NCBI RefSeq assembly: GCF_011386835.1
Contig: NC_088796.1
Location: 103,664,001 to 103,728,000, forward strand
From: Chrysemys picta bellii
Taxonomy: Eukaryota
DNA: 64,000 nucleotides
Direction of reading: 5' to 3'
A model generated the notes under the pieces. That model saw only the letters and a list, made by a program, of their open reading frames with translations. It made no database searches and had not been told where the DNA came from. How positions within the stretch are numbered: the first letter of the stretch is position 1; each line of letters opens with the position of its first letter. The position numbers were made by a program, and so were the translations under genes. Shown here piece after piece: positions 1-12,518 of the stretch.

Positions 1-1434
1 TGTCTCTCTCAAATCTTATCTAGTATTTACAACAGTTTAGACAACTTGAAATGGCCAAAAACTGAGGTCAGAGTACAATAGTAATCCTATCCATATAACC
101 TGCAACTCAGTTTTGCTCTGGTTACCTCCTTCATTTATGATCTGTTTTTGAAAAAATTTATGAAATCTAGGCTGGTAATTGGTTTTTTGGATAGGCAAGT
201 AAACAACTTAATTTTCCATCCTCATGGCAGAGGGTCATCGTGCGTATTTTGTGTCCAGGCTGGTAAGTTTTCATGAACACTTGTACAAGGCTAAAATAAA
301 ACTCAGGGTTTTTGCATGATTCTGAAGAAATGAAACTTTAAAAGATCCATCATGAAATATTCTAGGGAACTAACTTCATACAATGAGGTAAATATGGTTC
401 ATTTAAATCAAGACCAATTTTCTAGACATTAAAGGGATTATTTTTCCCACGTTTGATTTTTTGTGTCTATTTTGTTTCAAGGATGCATTTGATGGAATTT
501 TAATGTTTCCTGCCAATAGTAAAACTGGTTTTCATAACTGTTGAGTCATCTTTTTTAATTCTGTACAGTATGTGGATGTAGTTTTTTATTTTATGTATGT
601 TTATGATGTTGGACCTCTCTTTTCCTCTCTCCATTTTTGGTATGCTGAAATTCTGTCACATGTGTTGTTCATGAAGTGAGTTGGACCACACTCTTACAAT
701 CAGAATCAAACTGCTCTCCGATCTTTATGCACTAAATATGGAACAGAACAGTTTCTGTAATTAAAATAAGTGTGGGATATTTGACATATATTAGCAAATT
801 ATGGGCCAGATTTTCAGCTGGTGTAAAATAGCATAGCTTTAAGTCAGCGATTTATGCCAACTGAGGAAATAAATCAATAGCTGCTTCCTCTGAAACATTA
901 ACTCCTTCCTTTAAAAAAAATCATTTGTAGAATCCTTGTTGAGAATGTTCAAAAAGATGACATCTTCTTGCAATTATTTTTTTAAATTTTCATCCCTGTG
1001 TTTCTTCTTGGTGGCGGTCACTTACTAAAGTATTATGACCTACATTCCACCTTTTGCAGAGATCATGTGTCCCCATGAAGAATTCTGTCAGACAGGTGCA
1101 CAACAGAACAGGACCCACACAGCCCCCAGGGCTGGTGCTGCATACCCTCCTCTCCATGTCTGGCAGGTGAGCCCAGCCACTTTCCCCACCTACTTTCAAG
1201 CAGCTATCATCTTCAAAGCACCATCATGGTCCATCCTCCTCAGCCACATTATAGGGATGTGCAAAAAGAATACTCTTCTCCCTATTGTGTAACCATGCAA
1301 GGATTAGCCATAATCTATCCATGTAGTATCAGGATAACAGTTTCTTGGAATGCCAACAGTACTGCTTCTTTAACAGAGTTACCAGAAGCTTGTTTTTAAC
1401 ATGCACCTCTCAGATAATGCTTCAGAGCATTTAC

Positions 1435-1620
1435 AGAGATTGATAGATTTCTGAGTCCAGAAAGCATCATTATGATCAACTGGTCTGACCTTCTGCATAA
1501 CACAGACTAGAGAATTTCACCCAGTAATTCCCGCATCAGGCCATCATTCATCAATAACTTGTGGTTGAAGTAGCGCACATCTTTTAGAAATGCATCCAAA
1601 ATTGATTGAAAGACTCCTAG
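1435..1620 (-). mobile_element. CR1 LINE 3' end fragment
   Basis: Resembles the reverse complement of a CR1 3' UTR (atcattatgatcaactggtctgaccttctgcataacacag...cttttagaaa); boundaries approximate. Confidence 0.6.
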
Positions 1621-3147
1621 GGGTCTCAAGACACATATCTCTTGTATGGGTTTCGTGAGCCCGTAATCTTTTGCATTAATTTAAGAATACCGTATTGGAG
1701 ATACAGCCATGGCTGTTCTCTCCTTTTATCACCCAACCTGAACTAGAGCTATTTTCCCCCTGAATTTGAGAGTGAAAGAAACACAACATAAACTGAGAAA
1801 AAGTAGTGTCCAGCAGCCACTGAGAATCACGAGGAGAGTACCCCTTTTATTTAAGGTTATGACTGAGAGGCAGCAGAATTCCACAACTTGGAAATTCTGG
1901 AAAGAGACAGACCACTAAAAAAAAAAAAAGAGGAAACTCTTAGGAAGCTAGGAATTTGTGCAATATGGTCTGCATTGTGTCCCAACTTAGCTCTAGGGAA
2001 TTTAGATTTGATTCATTCTGAAGACTCAGACTGAAGTTGTTGGAACTGTAAACTACCTGTGTAAACCAGATGAATTTATTGCATCTATTCAAAGCTCGGC
2101 ATATATTCCGAAGTAAAATATCTTGATCTGGAATGCTAACAGCTAATTTTTACTTTCAGCTCTTCTCCACTTACAATTGAAGGGTAGGGTGCAGAGTTCC
2201 TTGCTAGCATTTGCTTTAAAAAAAACAAAGGATACGTGTGAGCTACCAGAAAAGCTATGTGGAGAGAAATTGCTCATTTGATTGCAATCTCTTGACAGTT
2301 TAAATAGGATTCTTCACTATTTCTGATGGTCTTAGACAACACATCTAGCTAATATGTTTATCCTGTGTGGCTTCATGTTTCATTAGTTTGACAGGACATT
2401 CCATAGAAACAAGTGTGCAAGTATTAAGTATGCAAATAGCTAAACATTTTGACAGATTAAAAAATGTCTTGTTTCATCAGCACTGAGGGTGCTCCTCCCT
2501 CCTCCTCTCCCAAAGCACAGGGTGATCAGCTTATTAGGTAGCTAAGAAAGTCCCAGTTTCTTGGGGTGATCCATGGTGATCCACTTCCAATGATAGCAAA
2601 ATCCAGATTTTGCCCACACACCAAACACAGATGTGCTACCTACTGCATTGCAGGATTTGGAAGGTCCATTGGGCTCACCTTGCTGAATATGAAAGTGCAC
2701 AGGGGACACGCAGGCAGGAAAAGCCAGGATGACTCTACAGAGGAAAGCTGGAGCAGGAGAGGAGCCATTGGGTGAGGGATTCTGGAATGCCTGGAGGAAT
2801 GAATGGCAACCTTTCTACTCATCCCAGCCCAGTGGTAAGTGTCCCTAACCTAAATGCCTTCAAAGGACCAATCCAAAGCCCAGGGAAGTCAATTTCATTC
2901 CTGATTCAAAGCCTTTCCATTAACTTTAGTTGGCTTTTGATCAGACCCATATGCATACACCATGGATGTGTGCGCATCTCTGTGCCCCCCTAGTGGCTAA
3001 TCTACATAAAAGGTTTATGAACCTGCACCAGTTTCTAGCTAATTTAATTTAGTCATTTCACTCAGTAGGCAGAGGCTTGTGCTTTTAGCAGTGATGGTCT
3101 GGAAATCCTAACCTTTTTGTTAATGCAAGCATGATTGGTTAGAAAAG

Positions 3148-3223
3148 TGGCACCCAATTTAGGGCTTGAACTCATACCCCTGGGATTAAGGGTCCCATGC
3201 TGTCCTGACTCAGCTAATCAGTT
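3148..3223 (-). pseudogene. tRNA-Lys(CTT) retrocopy ending in CCA
   Basis: Minus strand reads ctgattagctgagtcaggacagcatgggacccttaatcccaggggtatgagttcaagccctaaattgggtgcca. It aligns to tRNA-Lys-CTT with anticodon arm TGGGA-CCCTTAA-TCCCA; the acceptor and D stems are mutated. Confidence 0.75.
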
Positions 3224-3469
3224 ATACATACACATATGTACATCAGTGACCACATGCTCTTTACCAAGGTCTGCAGCTTTGAGAAACCTATAGCTTCCCT
3301 ACTGTACAAATTTCACACACAGAGCCTGCATCCCAGAGCCTGAACATCAACACTGCAATTTTATTGCCCCACAGCCCAAAATTAAGTCAGCTGACGTGGG
3401 CCAGGCACATGTTTTATTGAAGGGTAGAAACTCCCACCCACAGATAAAAAAAATAATCCAGTTATTATA

Positions 3470-3665
3470 ATTAAGGATAACAAATGTCATGATTCATCCA
3501 GTCGCTATTAGAGATCAGTTTAAGACCTAATAGGAAAGGGAAAGGGGACGCACAGATTATCCCACATCTGGAGGGCTCTTACGCCTTCCAGTAGAGCATC
3601 TGCAACTGGCTACTGGCAGAGACAGAATGAGCTTTGGTCTGGAACCAGTCTGGCAGTTCCTGTGT
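3470..3665 (+). mobile_element. CR1-like LINE 3' fragment
   Basis: The ending tttggtctggaaccagtctggcagttcctgtgt resembles a CR1 3' terminus. Confidence 0.4.
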
Positions 3666-4594
3666 ACCATGAAGAAAGCTGTGGGAATGGTCTGAAGTTT
3701 CTGTTGAAGAGCACTGACTGCAATTTTAACAGGAACTAAAAGTCACATTAAGTTAATGGTGGCAAACAAAATAGTTGTTTTATATAAAGGGAGAGATGCT
3801 ACAGTTTTTAGAATCTTTTTAAGGAAAGAGTACAAAATAGAGCTGCACAGACTAGCATTTTGTACTGAATAAAAAAAACACTCAATGTGGAGCAGATCAA
3901 AATGATTTTTACATCTCCAAATCGTCTGGTTCTATTAAAAAAAGAAAAAAAAATGTAACAAAGGAAGACTGTCATTTGTTCAGAAACACCTTTTTATGTG
4001 GATCTGTTTTTCTTTCATTTCTGTTGAAGAAAAAAGTTACCTTGAAAATACTACAAATTAGTCAACCCAGAGAAGGTCTGAAGTCACCAATCATTAAGCA
4101 GGAGTTGAAAAAAAACATGAAATTATAAAACTCTATGAGCTCCAGGGTTTAAGGTGGGAATTCTTTATAAGAGATTTTTCTTTTGTTGGGGTTTTATTTC
4201 AGACTGTCTTTTGGGTTCCCTGAAGCAACTGTGCAACCCCCAGGGGATAAATTCAACTATTACAGAGTAATGAAATGTTTGCTGAAAAATTCCATGACCA
4301 GTTTTATTACCATAGGTCATTCAACAATTTCTCTCCATGCTCACAGATTTACAGTTAAACCATTGGGACTTTGGTCCAAACTGGAGTCTTCACATTTACA
4401 CTCACTTGTACGTATGACATTAACACTTCCAAAGAATATCCTTCTGTATCACCACCCAACTTAAAACAAGTAAAACACGAGGGAAATAGAAACAGGGAAA
4501 ACAGAAAATTTCTTTGTTTTCGGCAATTTACAATCCCTTGTTTTTCTTTTATAAAGTGAATTTAGTAGTAATGAACAGACAATATACATGGTGA

Positions 4595-6240
4595 GTGAAG
4601 TCGTCAATCCCTCGAGGTCAAGGATGATCTCTTTCACAGGTTTTATTTTTCATGGGTCCTTTGGTGGCTGAAGAGTCCGATCCTTGAGCCACAGGCTCAT
4701 TGGAAGACATTGCAAATGGTGTTGGAAGACAGGGATGGGCTGCGATTGCTGCGGGACAGTCGTCTTTCCTTTCTTTTCTGGCATTTTTCTGCGACCAGGG
4801 CAAGGCGATTTTCCTCAAAAGTGGACATTTCCTCTCAGACAAGTCTTCACCAGTTACCCCTATCCTGCTGTCTCCCAGTATGCAGTGTCGATGCCACATC
4901 TCTTGATGTTTGTCTTGAGGATGTCTTTAAAGCATTTCTTTTGGCCTCCCCATTTCCTTTCTCCTTTGGTGGGTTGGGTATACAGCAGTTGTTTTGGTAA
5001 GCGTACATCAGGCATGCGCACACAGTGCCCGTTCCACCTCAACTGGTGCTGGATAATCAGGGCCTCGACACTGAAGATGTTGGCCTCTGTGAGGACTCTG
5101 ACATTAGTGCGATGATCCTCCCACTTTATGTTGAGGACCTTCCGAAGAAAGTGCTGGTGCTGGCGTTCCAAGTTTTTCAGGTGTTTTCTGTAGGTCACCC
5201 AAGTCTCTCAGCCACAGAGGAGAGTTGGGATTACCCCCACTTTATAAACTAAAATTCTAGTACTTGTTCTGATGTTGTGATTGTTGAACACCCGGTAAGA
5301 CAGTCTGCCAAAGGCAAGGCTGGAACAGTGAATTCTATGCTGAATCTCAATGTCTATGTCTGCCCTCTGTGAGAGATGGCTGCCAAGATAGGCAAAGTAT
5401 TCTACATTTTCCAGTTCTTTGTCAATATACATCTTCCTTGCTGGGTCTCATGATTGACCAGGGACTGGCTGGTGGAGAACTTTTGTTTTGCCGATGTTCA
5501 GAGTTATCTCTAGGCTTTTGTAAGCTTCAGAGAAGCAATTGAGGGCTGTTTGAAGACCCTCCTTTGAGTGTGCAACTACAGCACAATCATCTGCATACTG
5601 GATTTCGGTTATTGTTGATGATGTTACTTTAGTTCTGGCACGGGGATGAGAAAGGTTAAAGGGGTTGCCATCAGTCTGATATTGGATACCAATGCCCTGT
5701 GGTAGATGGTCTTGCGGTAATGTTTTCATAGGTGCTAAGAAAACAAAGAAAAAGGTGGGTGCCAGTACACAACCTTGTTTTACACCAGTTCAGATGACAA
5801 AGGGCTCAGAGATAGAGTCACTGCACAGGATGGAGTCATCTGGTCATGAAGGAGTCTTGCAATGGTGATAAATTTGCTTGGGCAGCCAAACTTTGACATG
5901 ATTTTCCACAGATCGATAAAGGCCACACACAGGTGTTACTCTTGACTTTTTCCTGGATCTGCCTGGCTGCGAAAATCATATCAGTTGTGCCTCATGATGT
6001 TCTGAAGCCACACTGAGACTCTGGAAGTACTTGATCTGCAAGAGGGATCAGGCAATTCAGTAAGAATCTTCCCAGCAATGGAGAGGCAGGCAATGCCTCG
6101 ATAGTTGCCACAGTCAGCCCTGTCTCCCTTTTTGAAAATGGTGACAATGTTAGCATTACATAAGTCAGCAGGGATTTCTTCAGTGTGCCAGATTTTGAGG
6201 AGCAGCAAATGAAGCTGGTTAGCCAGTGAAGTAGTCATTC
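4595..6240 (-). mobile_element. 5'-truncated RTE-clade LINE, decayed reverse transcriptase
   Basis: Fragmented minus-strand ORFs carry RTE RT motifs: IVTIFKKGDRADCGNYRGI, YQTDGNPFNL..RARTKV...QYADD, QLRWNGHCVRMPDVRLPKQLLY. Multiple stops and frameshifts; RTE-like 3' UTR near 4600. Confidence 0.9.
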
Positions 6241-6849
6241 ATTGAACAGTTACAATATGGGAGACCCTCACTACTCACCAGCATATTTCAAACTGACCTA
6301 GAAGAACCTGTTACAGGAGTGAGAGGAGTTCATTCTCCATCATGCCTTGTCAGTCCTTGGGCTTTCTACAGTAAGACCGAGAATAACGATCATTGTCATT
6401 TCATGAGATGGGCACCTGTTATCTACACTCACTGCCCAGTGGCAACCGGGTGTCTGAGTACAGCCCATAGTAGTACACTTCACATATCATTGGTGCTAGC
6501 TAGAAGCCCAGAATTAGGATTTAAGGAGGAAGGAGAGGAAGACACTGGCCCAACCCATTGTCCCAATGAAGGATTGCAAAGGTGAGCAAGAAGTGGTATG
6601 CTTCACAGCAGAGGAATCAGCAGAAACAGCCATGATAACAGGAACAAGACTGGCACTACACATCACTAGGATACACACACCTTGGCCCATTAAGTTATAT
6701 CACAGTGTCATGTTGTGACCATAGAGGACAGCAACAGGTTATAACATCTAGGAAGTCCTCATGTGTCAACTTCTGGAGAAGGCTGAGAGGTTTGTACTAA
6801 AATGGGTAATAAGGAATGTGGTTAACCACTAACCTTAAGGTAGGGTACC

Positions 6850-7480
6850 ACACAACAGTCTGACCTGGATAGCTTGTAGAATAGAAAACCACCTCAACCA
6901 TGTTCAGCCCTGCTTACAGATTCCATGACTCATCTCAAATCTCAAGTATGGAAGATGAAGGACACCTTCGCGTCCACCTACCAAGAGGGGGCTCATGTGA
7001 AATGAAGTCCTTTGTGGCTACACAGTCTGCAAATCTAGAGACAAGACTAACACGGGCATCCTCCTAATCTACAGGCCTCACGACATTGAAGGTTTCTGAG
7101 AGAAAGTGACAGAGATGTTGTCGATATGGCAACAGTGTTCACAAGGCTCATCATGGTGAGAGACTTCAACATCCATGCAGATAATGCCTTGAACACAGAG
7201 GCACAAAACCTCCTATCCAAACTCCAGACAAAAGGCAGTTACCACTGTGGCCCACCTCCAAATGTTCATGGAAAACCATATTTTAAATTTTACTTAAACT
7301 ATATAGTGAGCCAAGAGACCAAGGAGCAGAACTGATAAAGCACACACATACTCCCTAACTACTGCTACTAATACTACTCTCACCCAGCTCCCACACCCAT
7401 CGGCATGGTTCTCAAATGACCTAAAACAGAAGAAGCAGGCAAGATAAATTGTCGAACACTGGTTGTGGAAAACACCACAT
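6850..7480 (+). mobile_element. Ancient L2/CR1-type LINE remnant (APE endonuclease to RT linker)
   Basis: LLIYRP at about 7060, VRDFNIH (GDFNIH-like) in ORF 7126-7335, and WFSNDLKQKKQAR near 7400. Confidence 0.6.
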
Positions 7481-7896
7481 GACACAGTAGACACAAGGGA
7501 TTCTCACAAACAATATTATTCACTAGCTTGAACCTGAGAAGTGAAAACTTTTGCTATCCTGCTGCTTTTCCCATTTCACACATATACAATATTTCTATTT
7601 TCATGTTTCACAGCACATTACTTGCTTAAAAATGGATCCCATTATCACATATTGCTAATCCCCCACTTCAAAAACCTCTCAGTTATTTTATGGGTTTCTG
7701 TTTCTCAACACATTTAAAATGTAACAAAACCTGATACCTTTCAACACATGCAACTTTATTTCTCCCAAACTTTAAACTTATGGTCTACTTAAAGTGTAAT
7801 GTTTATGCTAAGGAATATCTTTAATTAGCACCTGCAGAAATGCCCATTTATGAAAATTATTGAAGCTGTAGATAAAGCACATGGCAGGCAGATTAA

Positions 7897-8050
7897 GGGC
7901 TTGTCTACACAACCCGGCAGCGTGGACTATGAAGGTGTGCACTGCAACCACACTGAAGTGTTCCACTGTAACTGCCCCGTGTAGACACTGCTACCGTGAA
8001 CTAAAATGTACCTCAATCATGTTAATGTAGTCTTGGTTCAAACAGGACTA
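7897..8050. mobile_element. Harbinger-type MITE, truncated
   Basis: TAA followed by GGGCTTGTCTACAC terminus; internal GTGTAGACA; right end not clear. Confidence 0.65.
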
Positions 8051-8094
8051 TCTACTTATTCTATCAAGGGGTTTAAACTGTTTGGTTTTTTTCC

Positions 8095-8128
<34 letters not shown>

Positions 8129-8614
8129 GGACACTAGCTAGCTCAGGGGATTGATATAATTTTCACCTCTACATCATTGGTTCAAATGCACATCAATAGT
8201 GACAACAGCTGAGCAAATACTTTTAAAAAAATGTATTCCTAATTATTCATTAGAGTAAAACCTAACAGTTTGCTTTGTTGGTATTCACAAAGCCCTTTAA
8301 TTCAAGTTCCAATAACATTTGTGTGAGAGATTTGTTTTGTTTTGTTCCCAACAATGTTTGCTTGGAGTCTCACAAACACTCATGCAAACATTTTTGCATA
8401 AAGGTTCACACTAGAAGTTTGAAATCTTATTTCCTCATCCATCTAAGAAGTTGTCATTTAGTCAGTTCCAATAATCTAGTCAAAAAGCAGAAACACTAGG
8501 AACACTATACAGTTGGGGATATTGTTTAAGCAAATAGTTTGAAAGCAATGCATAGGCTGGAATAGGTTCACATAGGATATTCATTTCACAGTTCAAAGTA
8601 ACAAACATTTGTTT

Positions 8615-8798
8615 AAACAACAAGGAGTCCGGTGGCACCTTAAAGACTAACAGATTTATTTGGGCATAAGCTTTCTGAAGAAGTGAGATTTTTTACCCAC
8701 GAAACCTTATGCCCAAATAAATCTGTTAGTCTTTAAGATGCCACCGGACTCCTTGTTGTTTTTGCAGATACAGACTAACACGGCTACCCCGATACTTG
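8615..8798 (+). mobile_element. Penelope-like retroelement terminus with inverted 5' duplication and hammerhead core
   Basis: Arms 8615-8675 and 8701-8761 form a near-perfect inverted repeat; CTGAAGA...GAAA core at 8675-8704; flanks acaaacatttgttt (8601-8614) and acaaacatttcttt (8799-8812) form a 14-bp TSD with 1 mismatch. Confidence 0.8.
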
Positions 8799-9167
8799 AC
8801 AAACATTTCTTTGTGTATAATTCTCAACAGAAAGAGCTAACTCGTTTCATTATTTACAGCACATAATTTGTCAAGCTCTAGTGGTTTCTGAAAGTTGGCT
8901 TTTCAGTGGCCAGTGACAGGTGATGTAGTGGTCTTGGTCCAATTCGTAGAGGTCGGATGATCCAGATCACAAAAGCCACCACCATAACAGGGGCACTTGT
9001 CACAAAGACTAAGGGCTACATGGGAATGGAGACTAAACTAGCACACTAGAACAGGGTTACATTGAGCACATGCGTAAGTCTTTTCCTCAATCAGGGATGG
9101 AGTGAGGGGTGATGCTATCTAAAGGGGAAGGTGGCTTTCTACACTAATATGGTCACCGTTACAAAAT

Positions 9168-9735
9168 TGTGATAAATCCCGTACAAAAGTATGCCTTGTG
9201 AGGCATCATTGGAAAAGTTGGAACTTGCTGAGTATTATCTTGTTATAACATGTATAATCAACATTGTATGTGGAGTTATGAAATTTTGCTATATGTTTGT
9301 AACTCAAACATGTTATGAGTCTGAGAAACACCCACAGATTAGCTCTTCGGGGATAACAAAAGAACTAAACGTGGGCCTCTGCATATCATTTCTAAAGACA
9401 CCTAAATCACACATATGCAGGAGGTGCCAGCAAAATTTATAATTCATGTGAAGGACTGATGGCAAAGCATGTATGCCATGGAACTGCCTGACCCACAACA
9501 CAGCCAGGATTTTTCCAGCAGAAAGAGTCAAGATATAAAAGGGAGAAGAAAGGCCCCTGGCCATCTCTTTGCTGATGAATTCTAACTGGAGAAACTTCAA
9601 ACAAAAAGGACTGAAGTTCCCAAAACTATTTGGACAACCCAGAGAGACTTGTAGAAAACTAGCAGATTTAAAATCCCTGCTATCATGTTGGACTTTGAGC
9701 CAACTGTAATGTATTTTATTTGCTTAGACCCTTTC
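9168..9735 (+). mobile_element. Probable LTR fragment
   Basis: Starts TGTGATAAA with LTR-like composition; no internal ORF or second LTR seen. Confidence 0.4.
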
Positions 9736-9775
9736 GCATAATTCCCACAGACTTCAGTGCAAACAGAATCGGGCC

Positions 9776-10030
9776 CTATGATGTCTATATAGCATTCGGG
9801 GGGTTGTGTGTGTGTGTGACTGCAGCACATGTAGACATACCCGAGCTAGCTTTAATCTAACAGTGAAGCGCAGCAGCCCACTTGGGATTGGGGGTCCTTA
9901 CTTGGGGGACTAGCCCAGGATGACGTCTGTGCAAGTGTGGCTTCATTATTGGCACCTGAGCTAGCAAAATTAAAGTTAGCTCAGAAATATCTACACATGA
10001 TGCAATCAAATCACTTAGTGTAGGGTAGGC
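9776..10030. mobile_element. Harbinger-type MITE, degenerate
   Basis: Degenerate GTCTAYA and TGTAG termini; internal catgtagacatacccgagctagc and its inverted copy. Confidence 0.5.
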
Positions 10031-10417
10031 TTACCCACTGTGTCTATGAACATAGGCTATTCAGACAAAGTTCATTAGAACTTCCTCTCTGACACATGGA
10101 AACATCTGCTCCATTAGAAAGCCCAATCACAGTTTGATAAACCAAGCTCTCTTCCCAATTCCCATTTTCATTCTTTCATTACAACCTAATAATTTATCTT
10201 TTTATTTATTAAAACTACCTATTCCTTTATTTCATATGCTGGTTGCTTTGGATTTCTCTTCCATTTCAAAGCTGTCTATAGTACTCACAGCAGAAGAGGT
10301 GGTCTCTCCCTCTATGCTTCGGTCCATGTTTTCGGATACTATTAATATCAAGAATCATCTCAGATTTCACCTCAACACAAGAAGCAAGAAGGTATAAAAA
10401 TTCTCTTAGAATATTAA

Positions 10418-10587
10418 GGTCTGTGTAGATGGAAATTGATTGATTTGGCAGAGTAATTATTCTGGAATAAAAGTGATCTTTATTCTGGAATATAGTGTTC
10501 CTAAGGGGAGCTATTTGAGATTAGCTATTACAGAATAGTTTATTCCACAATAGCTCTGCCTGTCAATTTCCTCATCTAGACAAGGCC
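10418..10587. mobile_element. Harbinger-type MITE
   Basis: TIRs GGTCTGTGTAGATGGAAATTGA and TCAATTTCCTCATCTAGACAAGGCC, flanked by TAA and TTA. Confidence 0.7.
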
Positions 10588-12240
10588 TTAGAATGGCTAT
10601 TGTATTGTCACACATTTTATTTCACGGGCTAGGTTTTGTTCTCAGATGCATAGCATGAATCGCCCCTAGCATATGCTTCCTTACATACTACTTTCTTCTT
10701 AATATTCAACTTGAAGAACAAGAATGAATTCAAAGTACCTTTTGGCAAATTTTACAAATGGATTATTTAAGGCTGGTTTAAAAAAGAATCCTGGCAAGTT
10801 TCAGGCATATTACAGAGCAGATGAAAATTAATGGTACCTCCTTGTAATGCCTAAAAATGTGTTTCTCTGAAGTTTTTATGTAAACTTTAGGAAGAATTTA
10901 AAGACTATCATGAACCAGAGATCACCACTTAACTCATGTCAAATAATCATAAACCCACTCTACAATATATAGTCTCAGCTATTACACTTTCTCAGCCATC
11001 TGCAAGAGCTCTTCCTGTATTTAGTAGAAATATAGACGGTTCTTTTCCTATAATTTTAATTTTGCAAAACGGGAAATGTGATCACTACAGTATATTCATA
11101 TTGCAAAAATAATGCAAGAAACAGGTGTCCTCTAATAATAACTTGATTCCCAGTTGCACTATTCTATTAAATAGATTTCACTGTTTTCTTCTTGCCTGAC
11201 AGTGACCTGATTCCAGAATTATTCATGTATTTATTTATTTCTAAGACAGAACAGAAAGCAACATATGTGTTTAATTACTTAGCATTTTGTTTGCAAGTCA
11301 AATGATCATTTGAGTTTGATGCAAACTCTTATTTGGGTTACTATAGCACCAAACGCCCCGAACAAGATTGGGGTTTTATTGTGCTAGGTGCTGTATAAGA
11401 ACAGAGTAAGTAACAGTTCCTGCTGGAATTACTCACTAGGGACCCATGAACTGGTTTGGAAAAATAAATACCTCCCTCTATTTACAAAAAAAAAAATCAT
11501 GTTTCTAAAACCAAAACCACAAATGAAACTTTTTGAGGTTTCAAGTGTTTGGGTTCATGTTTTTCCCATTAGGTTTCATTTCTGTCAGGGTCTGGAAGTG
11601 CTAAACGCCTTAAGACTGTGCTTGCAGTATTTCCAGCTCAACAAGCGGCAGAAAGTACTGGAAGACTCACAAGAAATTCTCATGAGATTTCTGGTCAAAT
11701 TTTGCAGATTCAGGCAGCACAGATACAGTACTTGGGATAAGCATGAAAACTCTTGGGTGCTTATCCAATCTAAGCTGAAATCCAGACCTTCTGTGGTTTG
11801 TGACCTTCCCCGTCACTCGTATAAACTGATCACCCAGGGCACAGTCCTGCAATGTTCTCATCACCCCCAACACCTACTGAAAAGGGAGCATATCTAACAC
11901 CTCAGAGGATTAACCCTAATGCACTGTCAAACATGATGCTCTCAAGCCAACTTTGAATAACGCTGAGCAAACTGGCATTAACCATAAACATTTAAACATT
12001 TATCATTTTATTTCAAATTATGACTTTTCATATTTCATTTAAGCTGACTCATTTTATTTTTATTTTTTAAGCAGAAAAATATCTAATATTGGCTCAAGTA
12101 TTTCCTTTCTCCTTGACCTACTTGACTTGCAAATATCACTTTAAAAAAGAAATAAAGTCAGCAAAGAAATTCCTAATGGGTAATTTTTTTTAAAAATGCC
12201 CAAATGCATTAAGGAGTTTAAGTTCCATTTTCTATAATGA

Positions 12241-12518
12241 GGATAATCTACACTATAAGCACTACAGCAGCACAGCTGTAGCACTGCAGTTATATCACTA
12301 TAGTGTAGACACTTGCAGCCATGGAAGGGATTTTTCCTGTCACGCTAGTACTGCCTCAAAAGGCAGTAGCTTGGTCACTGGAAGAATTCTTCTGCCAACC
12401 TAGATGCATCTACAGTGGAGGATAGGTTGACATAGCTACATTGCACAAGGGTATGAAATTTTTTGTAGCCCAGAGCAATGCAGGTAGATCACCCTAAGTT
12501 TTAAATATAGACAAGGCC
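12241..12518. mobile_element. Harbinger-type MITE
   Basis: GGATAATCTACACT ... TATAGACAAGGCC with a 3-bp TGA duplication on both sides. Confidence 0.7.

Noticed and set aside
1060-1166. Exon-like segment with AG/GT boundaries
   Set aside because: No recognisable peptide and no supporting neighbouring exon; such sites arise by chance
2654-2834. Exon-like segment (ttgcag...gtaagt)
   Set aside because: Stops in all three frames; at most a non-coding exon
3148-3165. Retroviral primer-binding site
   Set aside because: The whole tRNA body is present and no adjacent LTR-gag structure is visible, so it was called a tRNA retrocopy
11388-11897. 169-aa ORF
   Set aside because: Non-ATG start, crosses repeat fragments and a poly-A run, and has no domain features
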